DNA of 64,000 bases, taken from assembly GCA_038883775.1 (NCBI GenBank), contig JAVZLM010000005.1:1-64000 (forward strand), in the 5' to 3' direction. Each line of letters begins with the position of its first letter. Positions within the stretch are counted from its first letter, which is position 1. This stretch comes from Candidatus Bathyarchaeia archaeon (lineage in GTDB: Archaea > Thermoproteota > Bathyarchaeia > Bathyarchaeales > Bathycorpusculaceae). This document shows positions 49,611-59,929 of the stretch, piece after piece. The notes under the pieces were generated by a model. The model made no database searches. It saw only the letters and a program-made list of their open reading frames with translations, and was not told the origin of the DNA. The position numbers and the translations under genes are program-made.

Positions 49611-50690
49611 TTGAAAATCTTAGAGATGAATTTGAAAAAGGGTATTGTTAAGGTAGTGCCCGAAACATTCGATGACTTATGGCATTTATACAACATAATC
49701 TATGAAAAAGATGAGGTTTATGCTCGCACATCAAGGGAAATAAAGCCAGAAGAAGGTGGATACGCCAGACCAAAACGTGGCAAAAGAGTACCCGTATTTT
49801 TAGGAGTTATTGTTGAAAGCGTTAAATGGGATAAGCTTTTGGGCAGGCTTAGGGTTCATGGAAAAATTTGCGAAGCCCCAGAAATTGTTCCAACAGGTGC
49901 CAGTCACACGCTTAACATTGCCTTAGACATGCCAGTAACCATCGTGAAGAAAGAGTGGGCTAAGCATCATCTTGAAAGGTTAGAGTGGGCATCTAAAACC
50001 CTAGAAAAACCAGTGATAATCATTGCCATAGACGATGACGGTTATGCTATAGCAACAACAGCCCAATACGGCGTAGAAGTAAAAGCAGAAGAAAGCATAA
50101 GGCTTCCTGGAAAATTGGAAGCAGAGAAAAGAGCAAACGCAACAAAAGAATACTTTACAAAAGCATTGGACAGTTTACGCCAAGTTTGGGCTGCCACCCA
50201 AGGTCCAATAGCCATTATAGGCGTTGGCTTTGTAAAAAATGATTTTGCAAAATTTGTGGAAAATGAAGCTCCCGACATCGCAGGAATGGTTGTAGATGTC
50301 AAAAGCGTTAATAACGGTGGCGTGGCTGGAATTTATGAAGCCTTCCGTTCTGGCGTGCTGTTAAAGGCTATGAAACAACAACGAATCATCAAAGAAACAG
50401 AAATCGTGGAAGAAATTCTGAAAAGGATTGGGAAAGGCGAAGCAAACGTTGCTTATGGGTTTGATGAAGTTAAAAAAGCCGCAGAATTGGGCGCTGTGGA
50501 AAAACTTGTCTTAACAGATATAATGTTGCGTGAAGCCTCAGACGAAAAAAGGCTAAGCTTGGAAGATTTAATGAAAAATGTTGAAAAGCGAGGCGGAAAC
50601 ATAACTGTGATAAGCACGGAACACGAAGCCGGAGCGAAGCTTACAGCTCTCGGCGGAATAGCAGCCCTACTACGCTTTTCACTACGTTAA
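49611..50690 (+). CDS. pelA: mRNA surveillance protein pelota
   Basis: ETFDDLWHL, LRVHGKI, HTL, LGGIAALLRF. Confidence 0.95.
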   Translation: MKILEMNLKKGIVKVVPETFDDLWHLYNIIYEKDEVYARTSREIKPEEGGYARPKRGKRVPVFLGVIVESVKWDKLLGRLRVHGKICEAPEIVPTGASHTLNIALDMPVTIVKKEWAKHHLERLEWASKTLEKPVIIIAIDDDGYAIATTAQYGVEVKAEESIRLPGKLEAEKRANATKEYFTKALDSLRQVWAATQGPIAIIGVGFVKNDFAKFVENEAPDIAGMVVDVKSVNNGGVAGIYEAFRSGVLLKAMKQQRIIKETEIVEEILKRIGKGEANVAYGFDEVKKAAELGAVEKLVLTDIMLREASDEKRLSLEDLMKNVEKRGGNITVISTEHEAGAKLTALGGIAALLRFSLR

Positions 50691-50692
50691 GC

Positions 50693-51400
50693 TTATACTG
50701 TTTTTAACCTTCTACGAACCGCTGGATTCTGCTCGGCAAGCCTCTTCAAAGTCATCTCAAAAGTTTCGCCATTCAAAACTTCTTTTTCAATGAAAACCCC
50801 AGTTCTGCCAACCTCATCTCGTCTTAAAAGCGCATGGACACGGTCTAAAACAGTTTCCACTGATATTCCTAAAAGTTTAGCAGTGTGCTCTTCACAACCA
50901 ATGATTGTGCTTTCTTTATGCCCCTTTTCAGTAGGCTCAATCAACATTAACCGCTTATCCACGCCACAAACTCGCACACCATCCCTCAAATTTTTTATAG
51001 TGGCTTCGCCGCCGAAACGGTAGAATTCCCTTTCCACTTTACGCATTTTCATCAACGGAAAAGAAACGCGGGTTTTCTCGTCTATTTCGATGTAGGCTTT
51101 CATGGCGTATGCTGGCGTGGCTTGCACAACCAAACGCTTATTAGCTCTAATTCCAGCCTTCTCCAAAGCAGATTCCACAGTAAAAGAAGAAACTTGAAGG
51201 GGTATGAAAACGTCTATGTCGCTTTTCTCGTTTACGTCGCCTCTTGCAATGCTACCGTGAACGATGGATTCTAAATGGAAAACAGCTAAAGCCTCCATTA
51301 TTCGTATGGCTTTACCCCTAAAATTTTCGATTAAACTCCAACGTTTAGCATCATATACAACCTCTCGGTATTCCAAGCGCCTTTCAGGCTTTGTAGCCAT
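50693..51400 (-). CDS. Predicted nucleotidyltransferase (COG2413-like)
   Basis: HGSIARGDV..SDID, VQATP, GVDKRL, RRDEVGRTG. Confidence 0.88.
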   Translation of the reverse strand: MATKPERRLEYREVVYDAKRWSLIENFRGKAIRIMEALAVFHLESIVHGSIARGDVNEKSDIDVFIPLQVSSFTVESALEKAGIRANKRLVVQATPAYAMKAYIEIDEKTRVSFPLMKMRKVEREFYRFGGEATIKNLRDGVRVCGVDKRLMLIEPTEKGHKESTIIGCEEHTAKLLGISVETVLDRVHALLRRDEVGRTGVFIEKEVLNGETFEMTLKRLAEQNPAVRRRLKTV

Positions 51401-51478
51401 GATTTTATTCCCTTTTCAAAAGACTATTGTATTTGATTTATTTTTAGTAATTGGTAGATAAGAAAATGTGAAACGCAA

Positions 51479-52423
51479 ATGAGCCCAAACGCTATACAAT
51501 GCAGCATTTGCAAACGCAGAGAAGCATTTTTTTATAGGCAATACTCTGGAGAAAAACTCTGCAAAAAATGTTTCACAGAATCAATTGAGGCAAAGGTTAG
51601 AGCTACAATTGCCAAATATGGAATGTTCGAATTCGATGATAAAATAGTTGTTGCAGTTTCTGGCGGAAAAGACAGCGTTAGCCTTCTCCACATCTTAGCA
51701 AAAATAGAGCGGGATTACCCGAAAGCTTCGCTTATAGCGGTTACTGTGGATGAGGGAATTAGGGGCTACCGTGACGAAGCCTTAAAAATAGCAATGGAAA
51801 ACTGTAAAAAACTTGGCATAGAACATCACATAGTCTCCTTCAAAGAACTTTATGGGTATAGGCTTGATGAAGTTGTTAAGAAGTTGAAAGAGAAAGGCAA
51901 TACGAGGCTGACGCCGTGTGCATATTGTGGCGTAATGAGAAGAAAAGCATTAAACATAGCTGCAAGAAAACTTGAAGCAAACAAGATAGCCACAGCCCAC
52001 ACATTAGACGATGAAACCCAAACAATTCTCTTAAACATTTTTCACGGTGACGTTTTGCGCATAGCAAGAGAAAAACCAGTTACAGACGAAACCCATCCAA
52101 AACTTGTGCGGAAGGTGAAGCCTTTCTGTGAAATTCCAGAAAAGGAAACAGCCCTTTATGCTTATGTTAAAAAGATAAAGTTTCAAAGTATGCCATGTCC
52201 ATACGCTTCAGAAGCCTTAAGGAATGACATCCGTCTAATGCTTAACCGTTTGGAAGAGAAGCATGCTGGAATAAAATTTACAATTTTCAAATCCGTAGAA
52301 AAAATTCGTCCAGCATTGGAAAAAATTGCTAAAAGAGAAGAAGTGAAGGAGTGCAGTGAATGCGGAGAACCAACCACAGACAAGATATGCAAAACTTGTC
52401 AAATGCTTAGGGAAATAGGCTAA
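51479..52423 (+). CDS. TIGR00269/TtuA-NcsA family tRNA thiolation ATPase
   Basis: Terminal Zn fingers, SGGKDS, CAYCGVMRR, AHTLDD, CPY. Confidence 0.92.
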   Translation: MSPNAIQCSICKRREAFFYRQYSGEKLCKKCFTESIEAKVRATIAKYGMFEFDDKIVVAVSGGKDSVSLLHILAKIERDYPKASLIAVTVDEGIRGYRDEALKIAMENCKKLGIEHHIVSFKELYGYRLDEVVKKLKEKGNTRLTPCAYCGVMRRKALNIAARKLEANKIATAHTLDDETQTILLNIFHGDVLRIAREKPVTDETHPKLVRKVKPFCEIPEKETALYAYVKKIKFQSMPCPYASEALRNDIRLMLNRLEEKHAGIKFTIFKSVEKIRPALEKIAKREEVKECSECGEPTTDKICKTCQMLREIG

Positions 52424-52474
52424 GCATAGCTAACCGATATTCATATAAAGAAGAAGAATTGAACACAAAACTAT

Positions 52475-53230
52475 ATGAATGATTTAATTGCCACACTGGT
52501 TTCAGTCACAACAGTCAGCCTCATGTCGTTAACGGGAATTGTTTTTATAGGTTTAAAGGAGAATTTGTTAAAACGTGTCTTAATGTTTTTTGTGGGCTTC
52601 TCTTCGGGGACTCTTTTAGGAAGCGCATTTTTGGATTTGTTGCCGGAAGCCATAAATTCGGAATTTGGAGAAACAGCCTTCTATTACGTTATAATAGGCA
52701 TAGTTTCCTTTTTCGTCCTAGAAAAGTTTCTTTATTGGCGCCACTGCCACGAAGAAGAATGCCCAGTCCACATGTTTGTATACCTAAACTTGGTGGGAGA
52801 TGGAATTCATAACTTCATTGATGGAATGATAATAGCAGCCACATACATCCTTTCCTTCGCAAGCCGCAACTACCACTTAGGCTTTGCAACTACATTGGCG
52901 GTGATTTTCCATGAAATTCCCCAAGAAATTGGAGACTTCGGAGTCCTAATCTATGGCGGTCTCACAAAAAAGAAGGCTTTAGCCTACAATTTTATTTCCG
53001 CAATAACAGCAATTCTAGGAGCCATCACCACATACTTGCTCACTTACATAGAAAGCATGACGACTTTTCTTGTAGCTTTCGCCGCAGGCGGCTTCATATA
53101 CATCGCAGCCACAGACCTCATGCCAGAACTGCACAAAAGAACTCGGGCAAGCATCTCAATTACCCAGTTTCTAACAATCATGCTAGGAATAGGACTGATG
53201 GCCTACTTAAAAACCGTTACTGGAGCTTAG
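52475..53230 (+). CDS. ZIP family metal transporter
   Basis: HNFIDG, HEIPQEIGDF, DLMPEL. Confidence 0.95.
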   Translation: MNDLIATLVSVTTVSLMSLTGIVFIGLKENLLKRVLMFFVGFSSGTLLGSAFLDLLPEAINSEFGETAFYYVIIGIVSFFVLEKFLYWRHCHEEECPVHMFVYLNLVGDGIHNFIDGMIIAATYILSFASRNYHLGFATTLAVIFHEIPQEIGDFGVLIYGGLTKKKALAYNFISAITAILGAITTYLLTYIESMTTFLVAFAAGGFIYIAATDLMPELHKRTRASISITQFLTIMLGIGLMAYLKTVTGA

Positions 53231-53435
53231 CACTCTTCTGTTTTAGAATTGCATTCCGTTTCAATCTGCGTAAAATCATAGAAGCTTCATTAGCATCGTT
53301 TGCTGAGGCTACTTTCTTCGCATTTTCTAAAAAAATTGTGGTGCCACAGTATGGACATGTCCTTGTTTTTTGTCCAGTCTTAGCTAATAAAAAACCCCTA
53401 CATTTATGACAGATAACTACAATGAAGGATTTCAT
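53217..53435 (-). CDS. DUF1922-like zinc-ribbon protein
   Basis: CHKC...KTRTCPYCG. Confidence 0.75.
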   Translation of the reverse strand: MKSFIVVICHKCRGFLLAKTGQKTRTCPYCGTTIFLENAKKVASANDANEASMILRRLKRNAILKQKSAKLQ

Positions 53436-53499
53436 GCTTCTCCTATCCGAAAACCTTTTCCACACGCAACTAAATAACCCTTAATACTAGGGAGTAGAA

Positions 53500-53868
53500 G
53501 TGAGCACAGAAAAAAGCGCAGAGAAAAAGCCAATATCCCCATTAATGGAGATGGCTATACAATATTTTAAAAAAGACGGCTACAAAGTGGAACTGGAGAA
53601 TACCGCGCTTGAGGGTTATAGTGGAATTTTGAGAAAATTTGACCTAGTTGTTCAGAAAGGCCGTGTTACCCAAGGAGTTTGGGTAAAAGATTGGAACAGA
53701 ACAATAGGAATAAATATCATAATAAATCTAGATAAGGCTTCAGAAGACGTGGGGCTCTCAAATCCAATAATAATAGGAGAACAATTCAGTGACCACGCAA
53801 AAGCCTATGCAAACAGAAGAAAAATCATTTTATTAACAAAACGACAAGTTTCTCCAAAAATTAGGTAA
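53500..53868 (+). CDS. Restriction endonuclease-like (Mrr-fold) small protein
   Basis: LEGYSG..FDLVV..VWVKDW, FSDHAKAYA. Confidence 0.7.
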   Translation: MSTEKSAEKKPISPLMEMAIQYFKKDGYKVELENTALEGYSGILRKFDLVVQKGRVTQGVWVKDWNRTIGINIIINLDKASEDVGLSNPIIIGEQFSDHAKAYANRRKIILLTKRQVSPKIR

Positions 53869-53871
53869 AAA

Positions 53872-54459
53872 CTAAATTTTTAAAAATTCCCCCAACAAAC
53901 CTTCCTTTTCCAACTTGCCAAGCCAATCCACAATGCCCACACGACATTTTCCACGCTTCATTAAGATATTCCAAATTTCGTCAACAACTTCCTCAACACT
54001 CTTTCCAGTAACATCCAACTCGCAAACCTTCTCTTTCCCATGAACCTTTAAAGCGTCAACTAAACAAACGTCAAGAATTTCAGAAGCCAAATTCTCCCAT
54101 AACTTACGTCCAGAAAAGCCAACCTTTTCCATAAAGCCCTTTAATTCAACCGGGTCTCGCCTCAAAACAAAAACGTATGTAACAAGTTTTTTGGGAACAA
54201 CGCCGACAGCATAGTGTCCATCAATAACCACATATTCCCTATCACATTCGGCTATTATTTTGCTGATTTTACGCATCATTCGCCTTTCATCAACAATGAT
54301 AGAGTTTCTCTCCATGTCTTTGCCAGAAACAAGATTTTCCCGTAAGGCTAATTCAGTCAAACTCACATAAAAAGCATCAAGCTTAACACACAAAAGCTGC
54401 GCCACAGAAGATTTTCCAACGCATGGTGTCCCAGTCAACAAAATAACTCGTCTAGACAT
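53872..54459 (-). CDS. Archaeal adenylate kinase (AK6/Fap7 family)
   Basis: TGTPCVGKS, IDGH, VLRRDP, ENLASEILD. Confidence 0.9.
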   Translation of the reverse strand: MSRRVILLTGTPCVGKSSVAQLLCVKLDAFYVSLTELALRENLVSGKDMERNSIIVDERRMMRKISKIIAECDREYVVIDGHYAVGVVPKKLVTYVFVLRRDPVELKGFMEKVGFSGRKLWENLASEILDVCLVDALKVHGKEKVCELDVTGKSVEEVVDEIWNILMKRGKCRVGIVDWLGKLEKEGLLGEFLKI

Positions 54460-54549
54460 TCACTAACCATCCATAATTTGTAGTAAAAGCTTTACACCAA
54501 AATAAGGTTTCCAAAATTCTTATTGCTAACGCTTACGCACATATATTTT

Positions 54550-54868
54550 GAGCTGGCGAAGTTGGCGGGTGGCTTTCGAGCCCGCTTTAAGGGCTTGAGG
54601 AAACTCCGCCCACAAGTAGAATTGCAACACCCGCAAGGGTGTAAGGCGAGAGCCTTGGCAACGGAGCAGAAACGAAACGTCCATCTAGCAGTTGCCAATG
54701 ATACATGCTAAGTTGTTGAGAATGCTGGACGGAAACGGTGAAACGGCCGCCCTGCAAGTGGAAAGGGCAAACAGACGCCTGTGAGGAATCTACCCAGAGG
54801 CGCGGGTAGCCCGATTAGTCGAATGCCACCTAAAACTAAAGGCGGGTTACAGCCAACATCGCCAGCTC
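54550..54868 (+). ncRNA. rnpB: RNase P RNA
   Basis: P1 GAGCTGGCGA/TCGCCAGCTC; GAGGAAACTCCGCCC; CAGAAACG; TGAAACG; ACTAAAGGCGGGTTA. Confidence 0.96.
54832..54864 (+). repeat. Direct repeat copy 1 (3' end of rnpB)
   Basis: AAAACTAAAGGCGGGTTACAGCCAACATCGCCA; 31/33 identical to 60604-60636. Confidence 0.9.
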
Positions 54869-54945
54869 TATAAATAACACTAGCCCTCCAGATCGCTGAG
54901 CAATGTTACCATCGTGCATTGTGCATCTGCTTGCGGACTATTTCT

Positions 54946-55710
54946 CTATTCTATGATTCGCCTGAAACTAATTGAAGCTATGATAAACATTACAGCGTCA
55001 AAAATTGCAATTGCAGCTAAATCCAGTAAAAGGTTTGAAACGTTTCCTGTAATTAATAAGCCTCTTACGGCATCGACAACGTAACTTAGCGGGTTAAATG
55101 TTGAAAATTCCCTTAGGATCGGCGGCATCATTTGAATAGGATATAGGGCGTTGCTTGCAAAGAATAGGGGCATGATTATGGCTTGGCCTATGCCCATAAA
55201 CCTTTCCCTAGTTTTCATAAAAGAAGCCACAAGTGTAGATATGGCGGCGAATCCGCCTGAAGCAAAAAAGATTATTGTGAAGGCTAGGATGAAGTAGGCT
55301 GGGTTGGGTATAAACTGCACGCCAATTATAAGCGCTATGGGCAAAATTATTAGGGCTTGGAATAGCGCCCTCACGCCTGAAGCCATAGACCTTCCTATCA
55401 CCATGGAATACCTTGAAGCTGGCGTGACAAGCAACTTCTTCAAGATGCCGGAGTCCCGCTCCCAAACCATCATCAACCCATAGAATATGCTGACGAAAGT
55501 TGTTGTTTGAATCATAACCCCCGGCGTTATGAAGTCCGTGTATGGCACTCCGCCTGTTGGTATAGCCCTAACACTGCTCATGACTGGGCCATAAATGACT
55601 ATCCATAGGATTGGTTGAACAGCCCTAAAGTAGATTTCCGTCCTGTCATGGCGTAGTCTCCTCAATTCCAGCTCAATCATAACCAGCATATTTTTAAAGC
55701 CTTCCATCAT
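54946..55710 (-). CDS. ABC-2 permease (DrrB-like)
   Basis: DFITPG, WERDSGILKKLLVTP, NPLSYVVDAVR. Confidence 0.92.
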   Translation of the reverse strand: MMEGFKNMLVMIELELRRLRHDRTEIYFRAVQPILWIVIYGPVMSSVRAIPTGGVPYTDFITPGVMIQTTTFVSIFYGLMMVWERDSGILKKLLVTPASRYSMVIGRSMASGVRALFQALIILPIALIIGVQFIPNPAYFILAFTIIFFASGGFAAISTLVASFMKTRERFMGIGQAIIMPLFFASNALYPIQMMPPILREFSTFNPLSYVVDAVRGLLITGNVSNLLLDLAAIAIFDAVMFIIASISFRRIIE

Positions 55711-55713
55711 GCC

Positions 55714-56711
55714 TTATCCCTTCCTAATCATATAACGCATATGCGTAACATCGCTGATTCTACCCTTCTCCTCAAGCCTTGTCCCAACATACTTAAGGAA
55801 AACATCATCCAACGTTGGCTTAGTTATAGAAACCTTCCCTACGGATATGCCCTCACCTTTTAAGACGTTCATTAGGCTTGGTAAGGTGGATTCGGCATCA
55901 TCAACAAACACACTTAAACTTCCATCTTCGACAAAGACATCCCTTATAAAACTTAATTTCCGAAATTCTTTACTTAATTCAGGTTTGATGGTCGCCTTTT
56001 CAAGCGTAAATGCGACGATCTCGCCGCCTAATGAATGCTTCAGCTCTTCACTTGTTCCTCGAGTCACTATCTTTCCTTGGTTAATTATGGCTATGTCATC
56101 CGCATATAAGTCAGCCTCATCCATGTAATGTGTATTAAAGAATATGGTTACGCCGTATTCCCTCTTAAAAACGTTTAACCTTTCCCAAACAACCTTCCGT
56201 GCAGCTGGATCCAAACCAATTGTTGGCTCGTCTAAAAACATGATTTTCGGCCTAATAAGCATGGCACATGCTATTTCAAGTCTCCTATCATCCCACCAGA
56301 ATATGTCCTAACCAATTCATTTTTCACATTGATTAAACCCATATGCTCCAAAACTTCATCAATTATTTTTTCCCTTTCATCAGTTGACAAACCGAAAATT
56401 TTAGAATAAACTAAAAGATTTTCATAGCCGCTAATATCCGTCCAAACGCTCATCTCTTGAGGAACATAGCTGATTAGCCTTCTAACCTTGCCGCCTTGAC
56501 GGACAACATTCAAACCGAAAACATGTGCTTCTCCGGCAGTAGGCTTAATCTGCGTTGTCAAAATGCGCATAAGAGTGGTTTTTCCAGCACCATTCGGCCC
56601 TAACAATGCAAATGCCTTTCCAGTCTCAACCGTCAAATCCACACCATTCAAAGCCCTAACCTTTCCATTGTAAACTTTTACAAGGCCATTAACTTTAACA
56701 GCAAAATCCAT
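55714..56711 (-). pseudogene. ABC transporter ATP-binding protein (DrrA-like), 1-nt frameshift near 56286
   Basis: GPNGAGKT..YSGGMI in one frame; RLEIACAMLIRPKIMFLDEPTIGLD continues in another. Confidence 0.85.
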
Positions 56712-56862
56712 TTCCCCGTCACCCTTTAGTAACCAATAAGCCTACAAACACAAGCTTAAAAACTTTATAGAAAAAATATTAAATGACGCTTTTCGTTTCG
56801 AACAGTTAATATCTTTCTGTTAGAACACAACAGATGCAAATTTGACATTTGCTGGGTGAAGC

Positions 56863-58035
56863 ATGGATAAAAACGATAAGTTGCTTGCTTTTGTGTACTT
56901 AGTCGTCTTTTTTATAGGAATGATGTTCGGTATTGAAAGTGTAATTCCTCTTTTCTTTAAGTCCTTGGGAGTGGCACTCATTGACTGGGGAATATTAGCT
57001 TTCTTATCCACGTTTGGAATGTTGCTTTTTGAAATGATTTGGGGAATACTATCAGACAAATTCGACAAATTCAAGCTCATATTAGGAGGCCTTTTTACAT
57101 CCGCCATTGTGACATTGGCTTACATCGCACCTTTCTCTTTTTACCTTTTTTTGATTCTTCAGGCTTTAAGAGGAGCGTTTAATGTGATGTCGCCACCATC
57201 TACTAGAACGCTTGTCTCTGAATTGTCTTCGTCTAGAAATCTTGTATTTGTATTGGGTTTATGGTTCTCAGCAATAAGACTAGGTTCAACGGTTGGTTCT
57301 CTCTTTTTTAGCTACGTAGCTCAAGAGTTTAGTTATGCCATAACATTTATTTCTTGTTCCACATTGTTATTCGTAATTGGACTGAGTACACTAATTGTTC
57401 TTCGCAGAACAGAATTTTCAACTTATCCCAGAGCTGGAAAACTGAAAACTCGAAGAGTCTCAATGCGGCATGCTCTAAGTGAAATATTAAAGGTAAACTC
57501 AATCTACATGATTTTCTTCTGTGCAGTAATAAGCTTTTTACAGATGAGCATGATAAGAACAATAATTCCTTTGTTTGCTTCTGAAATCCTTGGTGCATCA
57601 ACTTTTCTTGTAGGGTTAAACCAAGCGGAGTTCACAGGTTTCTGTGTAGTCTTCTTTATTCTCTCAGGTTTTCTGGCGGAAAAAATCGGTACGAAGAAAA
57701 CCATTACCATCGGATTCGCAACTCTTCTCTTTTCCGCAATAACATTTTCAATAACTGTTGATTTTTACCAATTGTCAGTTTCAACTATTCTTTCATCCTT
57801 TGGTTTCTCTCTAGTTGCGCCTTCACTTCTCGCGTTATTGATTGGCTCCGTCCCAGAAAAAGTGTTGGGCGCATCTGTGGGAATTTATGGCAGCATTGAA
57901 AACCTAGGCATAACTATAGCCCCATTACTATTCACCATAATCTGGAATTGTTTTGGCATACAATATGTCTTCTATGTCTGCGGAGTAATACAGGCAATAG
58001 GTTTCATTTTCGCGCTAACCTTAAGAGACAGCTAG
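56863..58035 (+). CDS. MFS transporter
   Basis: GILSDKFDK and FLAEKIGTK motif A; about 12 TMs. Confidence 0.88.
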   Translation: MDKNDKLLAFVYLVVFFIGMMFGIESVIPLFFKSLGVALIDWGILAFLSTFGMLLFEMIWGILSDKFDKFKLILGGLFTSAIVTLAYIAPFSFYLFLILQALRGAFNVMSPPSTRTLVSELSSSRNLVFVLGLWFSAIRLGSTVGSLFFSYVAQEFSYAITFISCSTLLFVIGLSTLIVLRRTEFSTYPRAGKLKTRRVSMRHALSEILKVNSIYMIFFCAVISFLQMSMIRTIIPLFASEILGASTFLVGLNQAEFTGFCVVFFILSGFLAEKIGTKKTITIGFATLLFSAITFSITVDFYQLSVSTILSSFGFSLVAPSLLALLIGSVPEKVLGASVGIYGSIENLGITIAPLLFTIIWNCFGIQYVFYVCGVIQAIGFIFALTLRDS

Positions 58036-58070
58036 CATGCCAGCCTTTTCCTCATGTTTGGTTGCCAAAC

Positions 58071-58187
58071 CTTTTTATAAGCGTGTTGCGTTTAGTTTTG
58101 CTGTCACATATTCACTCATGCAATTATAGAGGCCTTTTGAAAGCTTTTGGAAGATGCATGAAAAGTTTTGTGGCAGGAGATAAATAT
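58071..58187 (+). promoter_or_regulatory. TATA box and structured 5' leader of the DEAD-box helicase gene
   Basis: TTTATAAGC, then CTGTCACA/TGTGGCAG and TCATGCA/TGCATGA stems abutting GGAG. Confidence 0.5.
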
Positions 58188-59296
58188 ATGCAAAAACAAT
58201 ACTTCAGAGATTTACAGTTAAGTGCGGAGGTTATGAGGGGAATCGAAGAGTCGGGTTTAGTAATCTTTTTCCAATTCAAGCCCAAGCCATAACTCCTTTA
58301 CTGGAAGGCAAAGATGTTATTGGACAAGCGCAGACTGGAACGGGAAAGACGGCCGTTTTCGGCATTCCAATGATTGAAAGATTAAACCCAAAAGTTAAGG
58401 ATGTTCAAGGCTTAGTTTTAGTGCCAACTCATGAGCTTGCTGTCCAAGTTGCAGAGCGCATTAGCCGATTTGGAAAATACACAAAAATGAAAGTCTTACC
58501 AGTTTACGGAGGAGAACCCATTGAAAAACAAATACGTGCACTTAAAAACGGAGTCCAAATTGTCGTCGGTACGCCAGGCCGCATCATTGACTTGCTTGAG
58601 AGGCGCATGTTAAACTTGGCATTTGTGAGAATTGTTGTTCTCGATGAAGCGGATAGGATGTTGGACATGGGTTTCATAGACGATATTGAACACATACTTT
58701 CAAAAGTGCCAGCTAATAGGCAGACAAGCCTTTTCTCGGCGACAATAGACCACTCGGTAATGAAAATATGCAGTAGATACCTTAAGAATCCTGAAAAGAT
58801 ACTTGTAAGCAAAGGCGAAATAGCCCTTTCACAAATAACCCAATATTACATGGTTGTAAACCCGCACAACAAATTCGAAATTTTATGCAATATTCTGGAC
58901 GAAAACCATATAGAAAAAGCCATAATATTCTGTAAAACCCGACTTGGAACAAGCATGCTTGCAGATAAGCTTAGAAAAAGGGGATACGACGCAAAACCAC
59001 TGCATGCCGGTTTCACCCAATCGCAGAGAGATTTTGTTACAAACTCTTTCCGAAGGGGGAAACTGAAATTGCTTGTTGCAACGGATGTTGCCGCGAGAGG
59101 CTTAGACATTCAAGGAATAACTCACATAATTAACTATGACGTTCCGTTTGACGCCCTCGTATATTTTCATAGGATAGGCAGAACCGCTAGAAAGGGACAT
59201 GAAGGAACAGCCATAACCCTTGTAGGCTACGGTGAACTCATAAACTTTAACAATATAAAAGCCCTCACCAAAACAACAATAGAAGAAATAACGTGA
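58188..59296 (+). pseudogene. DEAD-box RNA helicase, 1-nt frameshift near 58257
   Basis: MQKQYFRDLQLS.. then Q-motif PIQAQAI and AQTGTGKT in the next frame; DEAD, SAT, ARGLD, HRIGRT. Confidence 0.85.
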
Positions 59297-59362
59297 AACG
59301 CCTTTCTTCCCATAACCATAATAGGCAGAACATGCATTCTCTTATGAGGTTAAGACTAAAAT

Positions 59363-59506
59363 ATGCCTACTGACCCTGTTTGCGGAATAATTCTTGATGA
59401 AAGGACGGCCAAGTTCAAAAGCACTTACGAAGGTGAAACCTACTATTTTTGCTCGTTAACATGCAAGAAAAAATTCAAAAGACACTCAACGAAGTTTGTT
59501 AAATAA
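59363..59506 (+). CDS. YHS domain protein (47 aa, absent from ORF track)
   Basis: MPTDPVCGIILDERTAKFKSTYEGETYYFCSLTCKKKF. Confidence 0.88.
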   Translation: MPTDPVCGIILDERTAKFKSTYEGETYYFCSLTCKKKFKRHSTKFVK

Positions 59507-59636
59507 CCTTTAGCTATTTTTCAATTGCCTTTATAAGCAAGGTTGAAGATTATTTATCAGTAACGTTCTACCATTGAACATGCGCGTAAACAAGGCAACG
59601 TTACATGCTACAAATAACATAAAAAGGAGTGAAAAA

Positions 59637-59924
59637 ATGACAGAAAATAGGGATGTTATCTTCATTGGAAACAAACCGCCAATGGCCTACGTCCTAGCCA
59701 TTATTACAAGCCTCTCCGCAAGCAACGCCAAAGAAATAACTCTGAAAGCCCGCGGGCAAGCAATTACAACAGCGGTTGACGCAGTTGAAATAGCCAGAAG
59801 ACGCTTCATGAAAGATTTGCAAATAAGCAAAGTATCCATTGGCACCGAGGAAATGCCGCCGAGAGAAGGTGAAAATAGGTCAAGGATGGTTTCGACAATG
59901 GAGATAACCCTTAAAAAAGAGTAG
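59637..59924 (+). CDS. albA: DNA/RNA-binding protein Alba
   Basis: IFIGNKPPMAYVLA, KARGQAITTAVD, IGTE, VSTMEI; SD AGGAGTG. Confidence 0.93.
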   Translation: MTENRDVIFIGNKPPMAYVLAIITSLSASNAKEITLKARGQAITTAVDAVEIARRRFMKDLQISKVSIGTEEMPPREGENRSRMVSTMEITLKKE

Positions 59925-59929
59925 GAAAA

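Noticed and set aside
53500-53868. Restriction-modification system
   Set aside because: Lone short Mrr-fold gene with W at the expected (D/E)xK acidic position and no methyltransferase partner
54492-54711. Short ORFs at 54492-54698 and 54523-54711
   Set aside because: Overlap the RNase P RNA
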